Source: Atribacterota bacterium
GTDB taxonomy: Bacteria > Atribacterota > Phoenicimicrobiia > Phoenicimicrobiales > Stramentimicrobiaceae
Reading direction: 5' to 3'
Length of the DNA: 64,000 nt
NCBI GenBank assembly: GCA_040767965.1
Contig: JAXGNR010000006.1
Span: forward strand, 32,001-96,000
Within the stretch, counting starts at the first letter, position 1; each line of letters begins with the position of its first letter. Shown in pieces: positions 20,000 to 29,089 of this stretch. A model generated the notes under the pieces. The model worked only from the letters and a program-made list of their open reading frames with translations, ran no database searches and was not told the DNA's origin. The translations under genes were made by a program, and so were the position numbers.

Positions 20000-20893
20000 T
20001 CAGATTGCATTAAAAATATAACCACCTGTTACAGCAGTCAAGAATATGACTATCACTATGGCAATTACTAACTTTTTCTTGAAAATGGCTGCCAGCATAC
20101 TCATCTCCGGGATAGCCATTCCCGCGCCACCGATAACCAATGCTATGACTGTCCCAATATTCATCCCCTTCTGCATCAATGAAATGCCAATAGGCAAAAC
20201 AGTTGATGCTCTAACATAAAAAGGTATTCCAATTATCGCAGCAACCGGAACAGCAAACAGATTATCAGGTCCAGCATATTTCAAGACAAACTCCTGAGGC
20301 AAGTAACCATAAATAATTGCTCCTACTCCTACCCCGATAAACAGATACGGCAATACTCTTCTAAAATCACCCCAGGCTTTTAGAAATGAAATCTTTAATT
20401 TTTCCTTAAAAAGCACTGGTATTACCTCATTTTGATACCTTTCTCCTTTTAAACGAACTCTTTTAATTAGTTTAGAACCACCTGTTTTTTCCAGAATAAT
20501 CCCGAAGACAATAGCAGCCAGAAATACGATAATAAAATATAAAACTGCTGCTTTTGTTCCTAATAACAAGATCATCATTCCAATGATAATGGGATTCAGT
20601 AAGGGTGAGGAAATAACAAAGGACATCACAGCACCAAAAGGGATACCTGCTTCCAGAAAACCCAGGGTTAACGGAATGGTTGAACAGGCACAAAATGGGG
20701 TAACAGAACCAATGATAGCTCCAAAGATATTGCCAATGATTCCTTTCCCGTTCATCCAGGTTTTTATTTTTTCTTGGGGCAAATACATAAGGAGTAAGGC
20801 AACAAAAGTGCTAATACCTAAAAAAAGGATAGTAAGCTCCAATGTTATAATAATGAAATATTGTAAAGTATTGATTAAAGTATTCAACAGCAT
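20000..20893 (-). CDS. arsP: ArsP-like permease (DUF318)
   Basis: TPFCACSTIP, SPLLNP, GIPFY and GAGMAIPE motifs. Confidence 0.88.
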   Translation of the reverse strand: MLLNTLINTLQYFIIITLELTILFLGISTFVALLLMYLPQEKIKTWMNGKGIIGNIFGAIIGSVTPFCACSTIPLTLGFLEAGIPFGAVMSFVISSPLLNPIIIGMMILLLGTKAAVLYFIIVFLAAIVFGIILEKTGGSKLIKRVRLKGERYQNEVIPVLFKEKLKISFLKAWGDFRRVLPYLFIGVGVGAIIYGYLPQEFVLKYAGPDNLFAVPVAAIIGIPFYVRASTVLPIGISLMQKGMNIGTVIALVIGGAGMAIPEMSMLAAIFKKKLVIAIVIVIFLTAVTGGYIFNAI

Positions 20894-21360
20894 TCTCCTT
20901 TCAAGTCATCTTCTAATGCTGGTTTTGATTCCTTATTTTCCTGTAAAGCACTCACTAAAGTCTCTAAGGCAATTTTGATATCTTCTTTTTTTTCAGATGT
21001 CAAATGTTTTAATATATTTTCCAGTTGTATTGTCTGATTTTCAACAATTCTTGATATTATAGCTATTCCTTTATCTGTAATGGAAACACAACAGAAACGT
21101 CCATCTCGGGGAGAAATTTTCCGAATGACATATCCTTTCTTTTCCAGGCGATTGATAATCTTTGTGGCTCCGCTTTTAGTAAAGTTTAAAGCATAGCCAA
21201 TAAACTGTATGGTCGACTGCTGGTTTTCATACACTGTTTTTAAAGCAGTATATTCTGCAAACGAAAGATCTTCACAGCATTTCTCACTGATTCCATGATT
21301 ACCATAATGCCAGGCGGTTTGTTCAAGTAAACTGCAAATTGCCACGATTCTTTTATTCAT
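20884..21360 (-). CDS. MarR-family regulator with three Cys-Cys pairs
   Basis: TKSGATKIINRLEKKGYV...DGR winged HTH; KCCE, FCCV and terminal GECC. Confidence 0.9.
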   Translation of the reverse strand: MNKRIVAICSLLEQTAWHYGNHGISEKCCEDLSFAEYTALKTVYENQQSTIQFIGYALNFTKSGATKIINRLEKKGYVIRKISPRDGRFCCVSITDKGIAIISRIVENQTIQLENILKHLTSEKKEDIKIALETLVSALQENKESKPALEDDLKGECC

Positions 21361-21424
21361 GTTTTTTCTTACCCTTCTACCTCGGTCTATTTAGAAATTC
21401 TTAAATAAAATATGTAACAGAAAT

Positions 21425-21454
21425 ATATTAACAGCAATGGTTGACACTGTCAAC
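21425..21454 (-). promoter_or_regulatory. marR promoter overlapped by a perfect palindromic operator
   Basis: GTTGACA-C-TGTCAAC (21440-21454); minus-strand TTGACA-17-TAATAT. Confidence 0.7.
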
Positions 21455-21602
21455 TATTAGTATTTCAAAATAAAATTCTATAATTTTAAAAATATTTTAA
21501 AAATTTTTTATTTTTTTGAAAGAAACTTTCTCTTTATTGCGTATAAGTAGATGAAAGCAAAAAACAAAATTCATTTTTAATGAAAAGAAAGGAAGATAAA
21601 AG

Positions 21603-22208
21603 ATGAATAATAAAAAGATACTCGTTATTTTATTAATCGCAGCACTTGCTTTGACAATGGTAAGCATCAGTTCATTTGCTTATGGTCCAAAACAGGGAAA
21701 CTTTTCAGGTGGCACTGAAACCTCTAATCGATTTGCCGGTCAAGGACAAGGACCTGGAGGACAAAACATTAATCCACCTGCACAGAACAGCACCCCCAGA
21801 GGAATGTTTAACCTGGAACTAACAGCAGAACAGCAAGCCAAAATGAGAGAAATGATGTTTAGTTTTCAGAAGGAATCTTTAGAGCTTAGAAATCAGATCC
21901 AGGTAAAACAACTGGAGATGAGAGAGTTAAGGCTGCAAGACCCGGTAGACATTGAACAGATTAGAACCAAATTAGAGGAAATTTCTCAATTGCAGGTGGA
22001 AGTTAGAATGAAAGCTATTGAAAGACAGATTCAATTTAGAGAATTGCTAACTCCCGAACAATTGGAGAACTGTTCTGCAGGATTTCAGATGCAAAGATTC
22101 AACATGGGGAATATGGGTAATGTCAGCATGAACAAAGGTTTGAACCAGCAGTCTGATTGTGATACATGTGGTATGGCAAACCGCGGTAACCGTGGAAATC
22201 GCTGGTAA
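21603..22208 (+). CDS. Periplasmic Spy/CpxP/ZraP-like protein
   Basis: Signal peptide, LTAEQ and LTPEQ motifs, coiled coil, C-terminal CDTC. Confidence 0.82.
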   Translation: MNNKKILVILLIAALALTMVSISSFAYGPKQGNFSGGTETSNRFAGQGQGPGGQNINPPAQNSTPRGMFNLELTAEQQAKMREMMFSFQKESLELRNQIQVKQLEMRELRLQDPVDIEQIRTKLEEISQLQVEVRMKAIERQIQFRELLTPEQLENCSAGFQMQRFNMGNMGNVSMNKGLNQQSDCDTCGMANRGNRGNRW

Positions 22209-22237
22209 CTTGTGACTTTTTGATTAAGGAAATCAGC

Positions 22238-22275
22238 AAAAAGGAGAAGGGGGAACCTTCTCCTTTTTATTTTTT
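22238..22275 (+). terminator. Rho-independent terminator
   Basis: AAAAAGGAGAAGG-N5-CCTTCTCCTTTTT plus T-rich tail. Confidence 0.85.
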
Positions 22276-22309
22276 CCGATTTATCTTTTTATCAATTCAT
22301 TGTTTTGTT

Positions 22310-22420
22310 AAAAACCCTTCTTGGCTAAATATTTTTCAAGAAACAGAGATGTAATAATCATAGGAACTGGTATTATTTAAAACAATACAATAAATTCAAA
22401 CCCAAGAAAGCTTTTCTCTG
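22310..22420 (-). pseudogene. C-terminal remnant of a half-size permease
   Basis: EKSFLGFEFIVLF*IIPVPMIITSLFLEKYLAKKGF* resembles the end of 10220..10741. Confidence 0.4.
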
Positions 22421-22491
22421 TTTTCTTATTAAAATAGAAAAACCCCTTATTTTCAAAATAAGATGGCTGTTTAGTTATTAATTTTTTAAAT

Positions 22492-22629
22492 ACAATACCC
22501 ATAACAATCGTTTTCTTTTGTCTAAAACATAAATATAATAAACCATTTCGGATTCTAAACTTATTTCCAGAATTAGTTTAATTGATTGTTCTGCAGTAAA
22601 GCTTTCTGGAAGGGCTACAAATTCATTAC
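22492..22629 (-). repeat. Partial diverged copy of the mgtE CBS region (~11664-11800)
   Basis: NEFVALPESFTAEQSIKLI...YYIYVLDKRKRL; 32-nt identical core AGTTTAATTGATTGTTCTGCAGTAAAGCTTTC. Confidence 0.9.
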
Positions 22630-22824
22630 CCCGGTTAACAGGTCCTGCTCTTTCTAATTTATTTATTTGTTTCATTACTATGCTTTGTAAACTGTCAGTT
22701 AGAAAACCGCAACAAAAGGAAAATCAAAAAAGAAAAAGACAAGTAAATTTCAAATTAAAACAATGAAGATTTGCACAATAAGTTATATTAAAATATTTGA
22801 AATTAGGAATACATCTAAAGGATA

Positions 22825-23244
22825 TTAATCTATCTTTTCTAAAAGAAAATTAATATGTTCTCTATTAGCCCTATGAGCTATGGACATCAATCTGGCAATG
22901 TATTCAAAATGGACTTCTTTATCAGCATAAACTTGAATAGCTTCTGAAAATTCAACAGGATTTTCTTCCAAATAGACTGGTAGCTCGTCCCAGGAAATAT
23001 ATTTACCCTCAATTTGAATCATTCCGTTTTTATCAAGATATATAATAAATATATCTCTGTTTGTATTCCTGGTTTGTCCCGTATCCACTTGCGGTATTTG
23101 GATCGTTGCCTGAATCTCTTTGTCTGCATCCAGAGAAGAAGCAACCATAAAAAAAATTAACAATAGAAAGACCACATCGATAAGAGGTGCCAGATTCATC
23201 TCCAGATCCAGTTTTCTAATCCTGTACCGGTACATTTTTTTCAC
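22825..23244 (-). CDS. exbD: Biopolymer transporter ExbD
   Basis: NLAPLIDVVFLLLIFFMV and ADK motifs. Confidence 0.93.
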   Translation of the reverse strand: MKKMYRYRIRKLDLEMNLAPLIDVVFLLLIFFMVASSLDADKEIQATIQIPQVDTGQTRNTNRDIFIIYLDKNGMIQIEGKYISWDELPVYLEENPVEFSEAIQVYADKEVHFEYIARLMSIAHRANREHINFLLEKID

Positions 23245-23845
23245 CTAATTTCTGAATATAATGAATAAGTTCTAATTCTCTTTTTTCAGTGTGTTTTACA
23301 ACATATTCTGCCTTATTCATAAAATAGTAATAGGCTGCTAAAGCAGGGATAGATATTATCATCCCAAAGGCAGTTGTAATTAAAGCTTCTGATATACCCT
23401 GAGCTAATTGTTGTGATTCAACATTAAGTGATAAAAAATGAAAAGTCTTAATCATTCCAATAACCGTGCCTAATAAACCCAAAGATGGGCTCATTTTTCC
23501 AATAAAATGAAGCATAGCCAAATACTTTTCCATTCTTGGAAATTCAGCCATTTTTGCATCACTCATAACTCTCTCCATCTCTTCAAAACCTTCTTCCCAA
23601 ACTAGAATACCTTCTAACAAGATTCCATACATGGGGTCGCTGGGCTTTTTTAGTAATTTTACAGCTTCCTTAGTCTTCCCTCTTTTTAGATTTTCTTTAA
23701 CCAGATAGATTATTCTTTCTGGGATTTCCCTTCTGATTCTTATATAATAGTAAAATCTTTCCAGAATTATAGCTAACGATATAATTGAAGCAGCCAGAAG
23801 AGGGTAAACCACAACCCCTCCCTGTTCTATCAATGTATTGATCAT
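23216..23845 (-). CDS. exbB: ExbB/TolQ/MotA proton channel
   Basis: SPSLGLLGTVIGMI and GISEALITTAFG motifs. Confidence 0.93.
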   Translation of the reverse strand: MINTLIEQGGVVVYPLLAASIISLAIILERFYYYIRIRREIPERIIYLVKENLKRGKTKEAVKLLKKPSDPMYGILLEGILVWEEGFEEMERVMSDAKMAEFPRMEKYLAMLHFIGKMSPSLGLLGTVIGMIKTFHFLSLNVESQQLAQGISEALITTAFGMIISIPALAAYYYFMNKAEYVVKHTEKRELELIHYIQKLGEKNVPVQD

Positions 23846-23867
23846 AAAAATATACCTCTTTCCAGTA

Positions 23868-24716
23868 TTATTTCAATTTAAAAATCACAGGGATATAAAC
23901 CCAGCTGGATCTTTTAATGTTATTTAATTTAGCCGGTTCAAATTTCCACTGTAAAACTGATTTAACGGCAGCCTGATCAAAATCCTGATAACCTGAAGAA
24001 TGATTAATGTGTGTTTCCACCACATTGCCTTCTATATCAATTAAAACTTTTAATTGAACTTTTCCTTCAATGTTTCTTCTCTGTAAACCGGGAGGATATT
24101 CGGGAGAATGAAAATGGATTATCGTTGGTTCAATAACCTGTTGATCTATAATCCCTGTTTCGGTAAAATCAAGAGGAAGACTCTCCAGTAGTTGCACTTC
24201 TTCTAACTCCTCTTTCTGTTTTAATGGTACTTTTTCTGTTATTTCAGATTCAGGCAACATATTTTCAATCTCTACAGGCAGATCCTTTTTCAATGAATGG
24301 TCATTGCCCGGAGTTACCTGCTGTTCTTTTTGATTATTCTCCACCACAACTTCTTTAACATCAGGCTGAACAGACATTTTTATTTTTTCCAATAAATCAT
24401 CTGCTTCATTTTCTTTTTGTATATTCTCATCTTCCTTTTTTAGAATTTTTGTTTCTTTATTTTGTTCCATTTCTTTCGCATCTGTGACTTCAGCAGTTAT
24501 CCCGATTAAGCTGTCCTGGATATCTGCAGGTTGTTCAATATATTCTTCAACGGTTTGAATAACAGAGGTAGAGATGAATTCAATTTTGGCTGATAAAATT
24601 GGTTTCTCTTTTATTTCCGGATAAGAAAAATCAAAAAAATCATCTAATATCTGCAGGACCCAAAAATGGAGCAACAATGAAATTATAATTGTGATAAAAA
24701 ATATTTTATTCCTCAT
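23868..24716 (-). CDS. tonB: Energy transducer TonB
   Basis: N-terminal SLLLH anchor; PEYP...EGKV...SSG...DQAA...WKFEPA. Confidence 0.93.
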   Translation of the reverse strand: MRNKIFFITIIISLLLHFWVLQILDDFFDFSYPEIKEKPILSAKIEFISTSVIQTVEEYIEQPADIQDSLIGITAEVTDAKEMEQNKETKILKKEDENIQKENEADDLLEKIKMSVQPDVKEVVVENNQKEQQVTPGNDHSLKKDLPVEIENMLPESEITEKVPLKQKEELEEVQLLESLPLDFTETGIIDQQVIEPTIIHFHSPEYPPGLQRRNIEGKVQLKVLIDIEGNVVETHINHSSGYQDFDQAAVKSVLQWKFEPAKLNNIKRSSWVYIPVIFKLK

Positions 24717-24740
24717 TATTTACTTCTCATGACTTATATA

Positions 24741-24774
24741 AAACGGGATGCAATTAATATTATCCATCCCGTTT
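24741..24774. terminator. Intra-operon stem-loop between the receptor gene and tonB
   Basis: AAACGGGATG-N14-CATCCCGTTT. Confidence 0.6.
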
Positions 24775-24783
24775 AAAATTTAT

Positions 24784-26682
24784 CTAAAAATTAGTACTGA
24801 CTCCCAACAAAAAAGTTCTTCCCTGAATTGGAAATCCACTGGCTAATTCAGGTTTCTGATCAAACAGGTTTTTGATAGAAAGGCTTAATTTAATGATTTT
24901 GTTCTTTTCTTTATTAACAGTAAAATCTCTATTCATATTGGTATTGAAAAGATAATATTCAGCAAGACTATCAGGTCTACCTGATACTAAATAACCATCT
25001 AAACTTATTGTAAAATCATCTTTGTTTTTTCCAACCTGATTTAAATAAATTAAACCAAGTCCATACTTATGTTTTGGCTTTAATTGGCTACCCATATCCA
25101 GATCTATAGCATTCAGATAAGTGTAATTTATACATCCGGTAAAATTTTCATTCATTTCTTTCTTTAGAATTATTTCTGCTCCATCTATCTGTGCTGAGCC
25201 GATATTGGAAGGACGCCAGACTCCTTCTGAATCAGCTGCCCAATGAATTAAATCGCGGACATTGTTTCGAAAAATATTTAATTCAGCCTGCATATTTCCT
25301 TTTTTATTATTAAAACGTATTCCTGCTTCATAAGCCCAGGCAGTTTCCGGAACCAGATCAGGATTACCACCAACATAACCATCTTCCGGCCAATAAAGAT
25401 CATCATAAGTAGGTGTGCGATAAGCTCGACTTATGGAGGTATGAAAACTAAGCCCATCCTGCAAACGATAGGAAATTCCTACACGAGGGTTAAACTGTCC
25501 ACCAAAGATTTGGTGGTAATCATAGCGTAAACCTGCAGTCATGCTTAGCTTTACTAATTCTGCCGGCTGCCAGACATCCTGAATAAATACTGCACCGTTT
25601 AGATCTTGTTGTTTACCGATATCTGTACTGTCTAACCAATGGTATTTTATATCTCCACCCCAGGTTAAAGTATGGTCACTTTCTATATTGTCATCATCAA
25701 AACTGAAGTTATAACGAGTGCTATCAAAAGATAGCCCTGTAGTATGGATATTATGAATACTGGCCCCGGTATGTCCCCATTCATCCGGATTATCATAATA
25801 AAGACGATGAAAATCATACCAGGCTAATATATTAATATCTTTATCCTCTTCTTTCTTCTGCCATTTTAAATTCAAATTAAAATTCCGGTCATTTTGCAGG
25901 GCATTGAGAGTAGGATAATCAAGAGAACCAGGCAAACCTCTTTGATAATCATGGTAACGAATAGCTAAACCCAATTCTGTTTGCTGATCTATCTTTTTAG
26001 AAATCTTCCCCATGAAAGAAACTTTATCTAATTGGCTGTTTTCCCGATCTCCTTCTGTTTTGTAATATTCAGCTGTAAAAAAATATCCCATATCATTACT
26101 TTTATTTTGATAGGAAGCTACATATTTCTGAGTTGAATAATTTCCGTAATAAACTCCAACAACTGTCTTTTTCTCTTCTTCTCCACTTTTAGTTATTATG
26201 TTGATTGCTCCGCCTAATGCATTTGCTCCATATAGTGCTGAAGCAGGCCCCCGGTAGATTTCAATTTTCTCTATAATATTCGCCGGGATCAACCCTAAAT
26301 CTATTTTGCCGGTCTGCGGGCTATTTACTACCTGGCCGTCTATCATGATTAAAACCTGTTCAGGAGAAGAACCACGAATACTGGCTGCTTTTATGTCTCC
26401 CTGACTTCCATAATCTACAATCTCGATACCAGCTATTGCTTTTAATATTCCGGCTAAATTTTCAGATTGATTATTGGTTATTTCTTCTTCAGATATCATT
26501 TCCACACTAGAAATTGAATCTATTAATATCTGAGGATATTTAGATCCTATGACGATGACTTCCTCTAAGGTAAAAAACTCTATGGGCTCCATCGCCCAGA
26601 CAGAATTCCCAAATAGAGAAACACTGCTAAAAAGAAACAGCATAAAAAGAAACAAATAGAATTTTTTTGATAAAGATGACAT
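24784..26682 (-). CDS. btuB: TonB-dependent receptor, probably for cobalamin (BtuB-like)
   Basis: TonB box EEVIV, plug motif IEKIEIYRGPASALYGANALGGAINIITK, C-terminal Phe; upstream cobalamin riboswitch. Confidence 0.88.
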   Translation of the reverse strand: MSSLSKKFYLFLFMLFLFSSVSLFGNSVWAMEPIEFFTLEEVIVIGSKYPQILIDSISSVEMISEEEITNNQSENLAGILKAIAGIEIVDYGSQGDIKAASIRGSSPEQVLIMIDGQVVNSPQTGKIDLGLIPANIIEKIEIYRGPASALYGANALGGAINIITKSGEEEKKTVVGVYYGNYSTQKYVASYQNKSNDMGYFFTAEYYKTEGDRENSQLDKVSFMGKISKKIDQQTELGLAIRYHDYQRGLPGSLDYPTLNALQNDRNFNLNLKWQKKEEDKDINILAWYDFHRLYYDNPDEWGHTGASIHNIHTTGLSFDSTRYNFSFDDDNIESDHTLTWGGDIKYHWLDSTDIGKQQDLNGAVFIQDVWQPAELVKLSMTAGLRYDYHQIFGGQFNPRVGISYRLQDGLSFHTSISRAYRTPTYDDLYWPEDGYVGGNPDLVPETAWAYEAGIRFNNKKGNMQAELNIFRNNVRDLIHWAADSEGVWRPSNIGSAQIDGAEIILKKEMNENFTGCINYTYLNAIDLDMGSQLKPKHKYGLGLIYLNQVGKNKDDFTISLDGYLVSGRPDSLAEYYLFNTNMNRDFTVNKEKNKIIKLSLSIKNLFDQKPELASGFPIQGRTFLLGVSTNF

Positions 26683-26762
26683 TCTCTTCTCCTTCTATAG
26701 AGATTTAACTTTTTCTCTTATTACTCCTTACTGGTTATCAATATCCCCCTTCCCCGCCATTC

Positions 26763-26802
26763 AAACAAAAAAGCTGCCTCCTATAAATATAGAAGACAGC
26801 TT
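26763..26802 (-). terminator. Riboswitch expression-platform terminator
   Basis: Minus strand AAGCTGTCTTCTATA-TT-TATAGGAGGCAGCTT followed by TTTTGTTT. Confidence 0.75.
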
Positions 26803-26835
26803 AATAAACTTACCAAAAAATTTATTCCTGCTCTT

Positions 26836-27020
26836 CCTCTATGTCGGAGGTTTTTAAGGCAGACAATTATGGCAAGTCTTCTGGCTCCCAGACCCTTTTT
26901 AATATTATCCTTCCCACCTATCGGGCAGTGGATAATATCGGGATTGCTCTGGTTACAGATGCGACAACAGCAACGGCCTTTACCGTTTTCCTTTTTAATC
27001 ACATTGAACCACAATTGTTT
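26836..27020 (-). ncRNA. Cobalamin riboswitch
   Basis: P1 ACAATTGTGG/CCATAATTGT, GGTTC..TTAAAAAGGAAA, GCATCTGTAA, CCACTG..GGGAAG, B12 box GAGCCAGAAGACTTGCC, P13 CCTC-CGACATA-GAGG. Confidence 0.92.
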
Positions 27021-27231
27021 GATTGCGTTATTTTATTTTCAAATATAGTATGACTGAAAAAATCATTTTCAATTAAAATTAGTTTATCTCTTATAAAGAA
27101 AAAAGCAATACTTCCAGGCTATTCTTCTTTTAGTTGTTGTTTCAATGTATAACTTTGTTGAACCATACAAACACTAGACACTACAGTGTATCTTTATTTA
27201 AGAAAATCCTTGCTTTTGTTTAAATACTTTT

Positions 27232-28845
27232 TTATGATACTTTTACTTTTTTTTCTTTAGGTTTTGCTTTTACAATTAAAGATCTTTTATTACCGGATTT
27301 TTTTTGGAATATCCCTAAAATTGTCTTAGCTTCCTTGAAAGGTACAGTTATAAAAGAAAATTCATTATAAACCTCTATTTGATCAATAACTGATTTATTT
27401 ACTCCGGTATTCTCAAATACGAATTTCACCAGTTTTGCAGGTGTTATTTTATCTTTTTTACCCATTGCCACAAACAGCCTGGTTGTACCTGGTAATTCTA
27501 TTTTCCTGTTTTTTTCAGATAGTTCCTGGATTTCATTATACAAACCCGGATTTAATTTATCATCAAAGCTATAACTAAGTATCTTAGCCAGTATTTCTGT
27601 GCCATTATCATTTTCTAAAAGTCTTTTTGCCCAATTAAAATAATTACTGTCAATGTTTTGGCTATTAATAGCAGCAAGATCATCATTTATTTTTTTAGTT
27701 TTGGCTTTAATAATCTCTCTCACATTAGGTATTTTTAGTCTCTTAATATCGGTTTTTGCTTTTCGTTGTATAAACATTAACTTATGATATTCACTAGGAG
27801 TTACAAATGTTATTGCTGTTCCTTCATTCCCTGCTCTTCCGGTACGACCAATCCTGTGTACATAAGATTCAGAATCATGAGGAAGAGAATAATTAATAAC
27901 ATGAGTCAGATTACTAATATCCAATCCGCGTGCTGCCACATCAGTTGCTACCAAAATGTTGCTATGTTTTTTCTTGAATTTGTTTAGTGTTTTTTCCCTT
28001 TGGCTTTGTGAAATATCTCCATGGATAAAATCTGCATCATAACCTCTTTCAATTAGATGACTGGTAACTTCATCAACATCATTTTTTGTCCTGCAGAAAA
28101 CTAAACCATAAAAATTTTCTTCAATATCTATAATTCTACATAAAGCCTCAAATTTATCAGAAGGTCTTACTTCATAATAAATCTGTTCTGTAAGACTGAC
28201 AGTAGGATTTTGTTTGTCAATAGTTATAAATTCATAATCGCCCATATAATTTTTTGCCAGCGCCTTTATCCTGGCTGGAATAGTGGCAGAAAATAATAGA
28301 ATCCTCTTCTGGGGATTGGTATATTTCATGATTTCTTCTACATCATCAATAAAGCCCATGTTAAGCATTTCGTCAGCTTCATCAAGAATAAGATATTCTA
28401 TATCTTTTAGATTAAGGGTTTTTCTTTTTAAATGATCGATCACTCTGCCAGGAGTGCCTACTACAATATGAACACCTTTTTTCAAACGTCTAAGCTGTTG
28501 ATCAATTGATTGCCCTCCATAAACAGGAATAGTTTGAATTCCTGATTCCCCTTTTAAAGAATTTATTTCTTCAGAAACCTGTATAGCAAGTTCTCTGGTA
28601 GGGGTAATTATTATGGCGTGGACATTTCTTTCTTTTGTATCAATCATCTCAATTAATGGCAAACCAAAGGCAGCAGTTTTCCCCGTACCGGTTTGAGACT
28701 GTACAATTATATTACCATTATCGTTAAACATTTTTGGTATTGTTAAAATCTGAATAGGGGTTGGCTCTTCAAATCCTTTCTTGGAAATAGCAGCAATAGC
28801 TTCTTCCGAAAGACCTAATTTTTTAAATTTTTCAATATCTGTCAT
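27232..28845 (-). CDS. DEAD-box RNA helicase (DeaD/CshA-like) with DbpA-type C-terminal domain
   Basis: Q motif, TGTGKT, PTRELA, DEAD, SAT and HRIGRTGR. Confidence 0.96.
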   Translation of the reverse strand: MTDIEKFKKLGLSEEAIAAISKKGFEEPTPIQILTIPKMFNDNGNIIVQSQTGTGKTAAFGLPLIEMIDTKERNVHAIIITPTRELAIQVSEEINSLKGESGIQTIPVYGGQSIDQQLRRLKKGVHIVVGTPGRVIDHLKRKTLNLKDIEYLILDEADEMLNMGFIDDVEEIMKYTNPQKRILLFSATIPARIKALAKNYMGDYEFITIDKQNPTVSLTEQIYYEVRPSDKFEALCRIIDIEENFYGLVFCRTKNDVDEVTSHLIERGYDADFIHGDISQSQREKTLNKFKKKHSNILVATDVAARGLDISNLTHVINYSLPHDSESYVHRIGRTGRAGNEGTAITFVTPSEYHKLMFIQRKAKTDIKRLKIPNVREIIKAKTKKINDDLAAINSQNIDSNYFNWAKRLLENDNGTEILAKILSYSFDDKLNPGLYNEIQELSEKNRKIELPGTTRLFVAMGKKDKITPAKLVKFVFENTGVNKSVIDQIEVYNEFSFITVPFKEAKTILGIFQKKSGNKRSLIVKAKPKEKKVKVS

Positions 28846-29089
28846 TTTTTCTCCTGATAATTTTTAAAATATCTATTTCCGCAATTGCTCTTGTGGACTG
28901 GAGACATTGTTGGTCATTGAAAAATGAACATATTATCCAGATGATGAAGGAGTTTGAACACATGAAAACTAAAAGCTATGTGATATCTTTTCCCCGTAAT
29001 CAGACAAAAGCAGAATAAGCTTTACTATTATAACATAAATGTCAAGAAAATAATTTTATAATTCATAATAAACTACAATTTTTAATATT

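Noticed and set aside
20884-20886. MarR ending Cys-Cys-TGA as possible Sec
   Set aside because: The TGA lies within the overlap with the arsP start; readthrough adds only three residues and no SECIS-like hairpin is evident
26781-27053. ORFs of 77 and 70 aa upstream of the receptor gene
   Set aside because: They overlap the cobalamin riboswitch; chance frames
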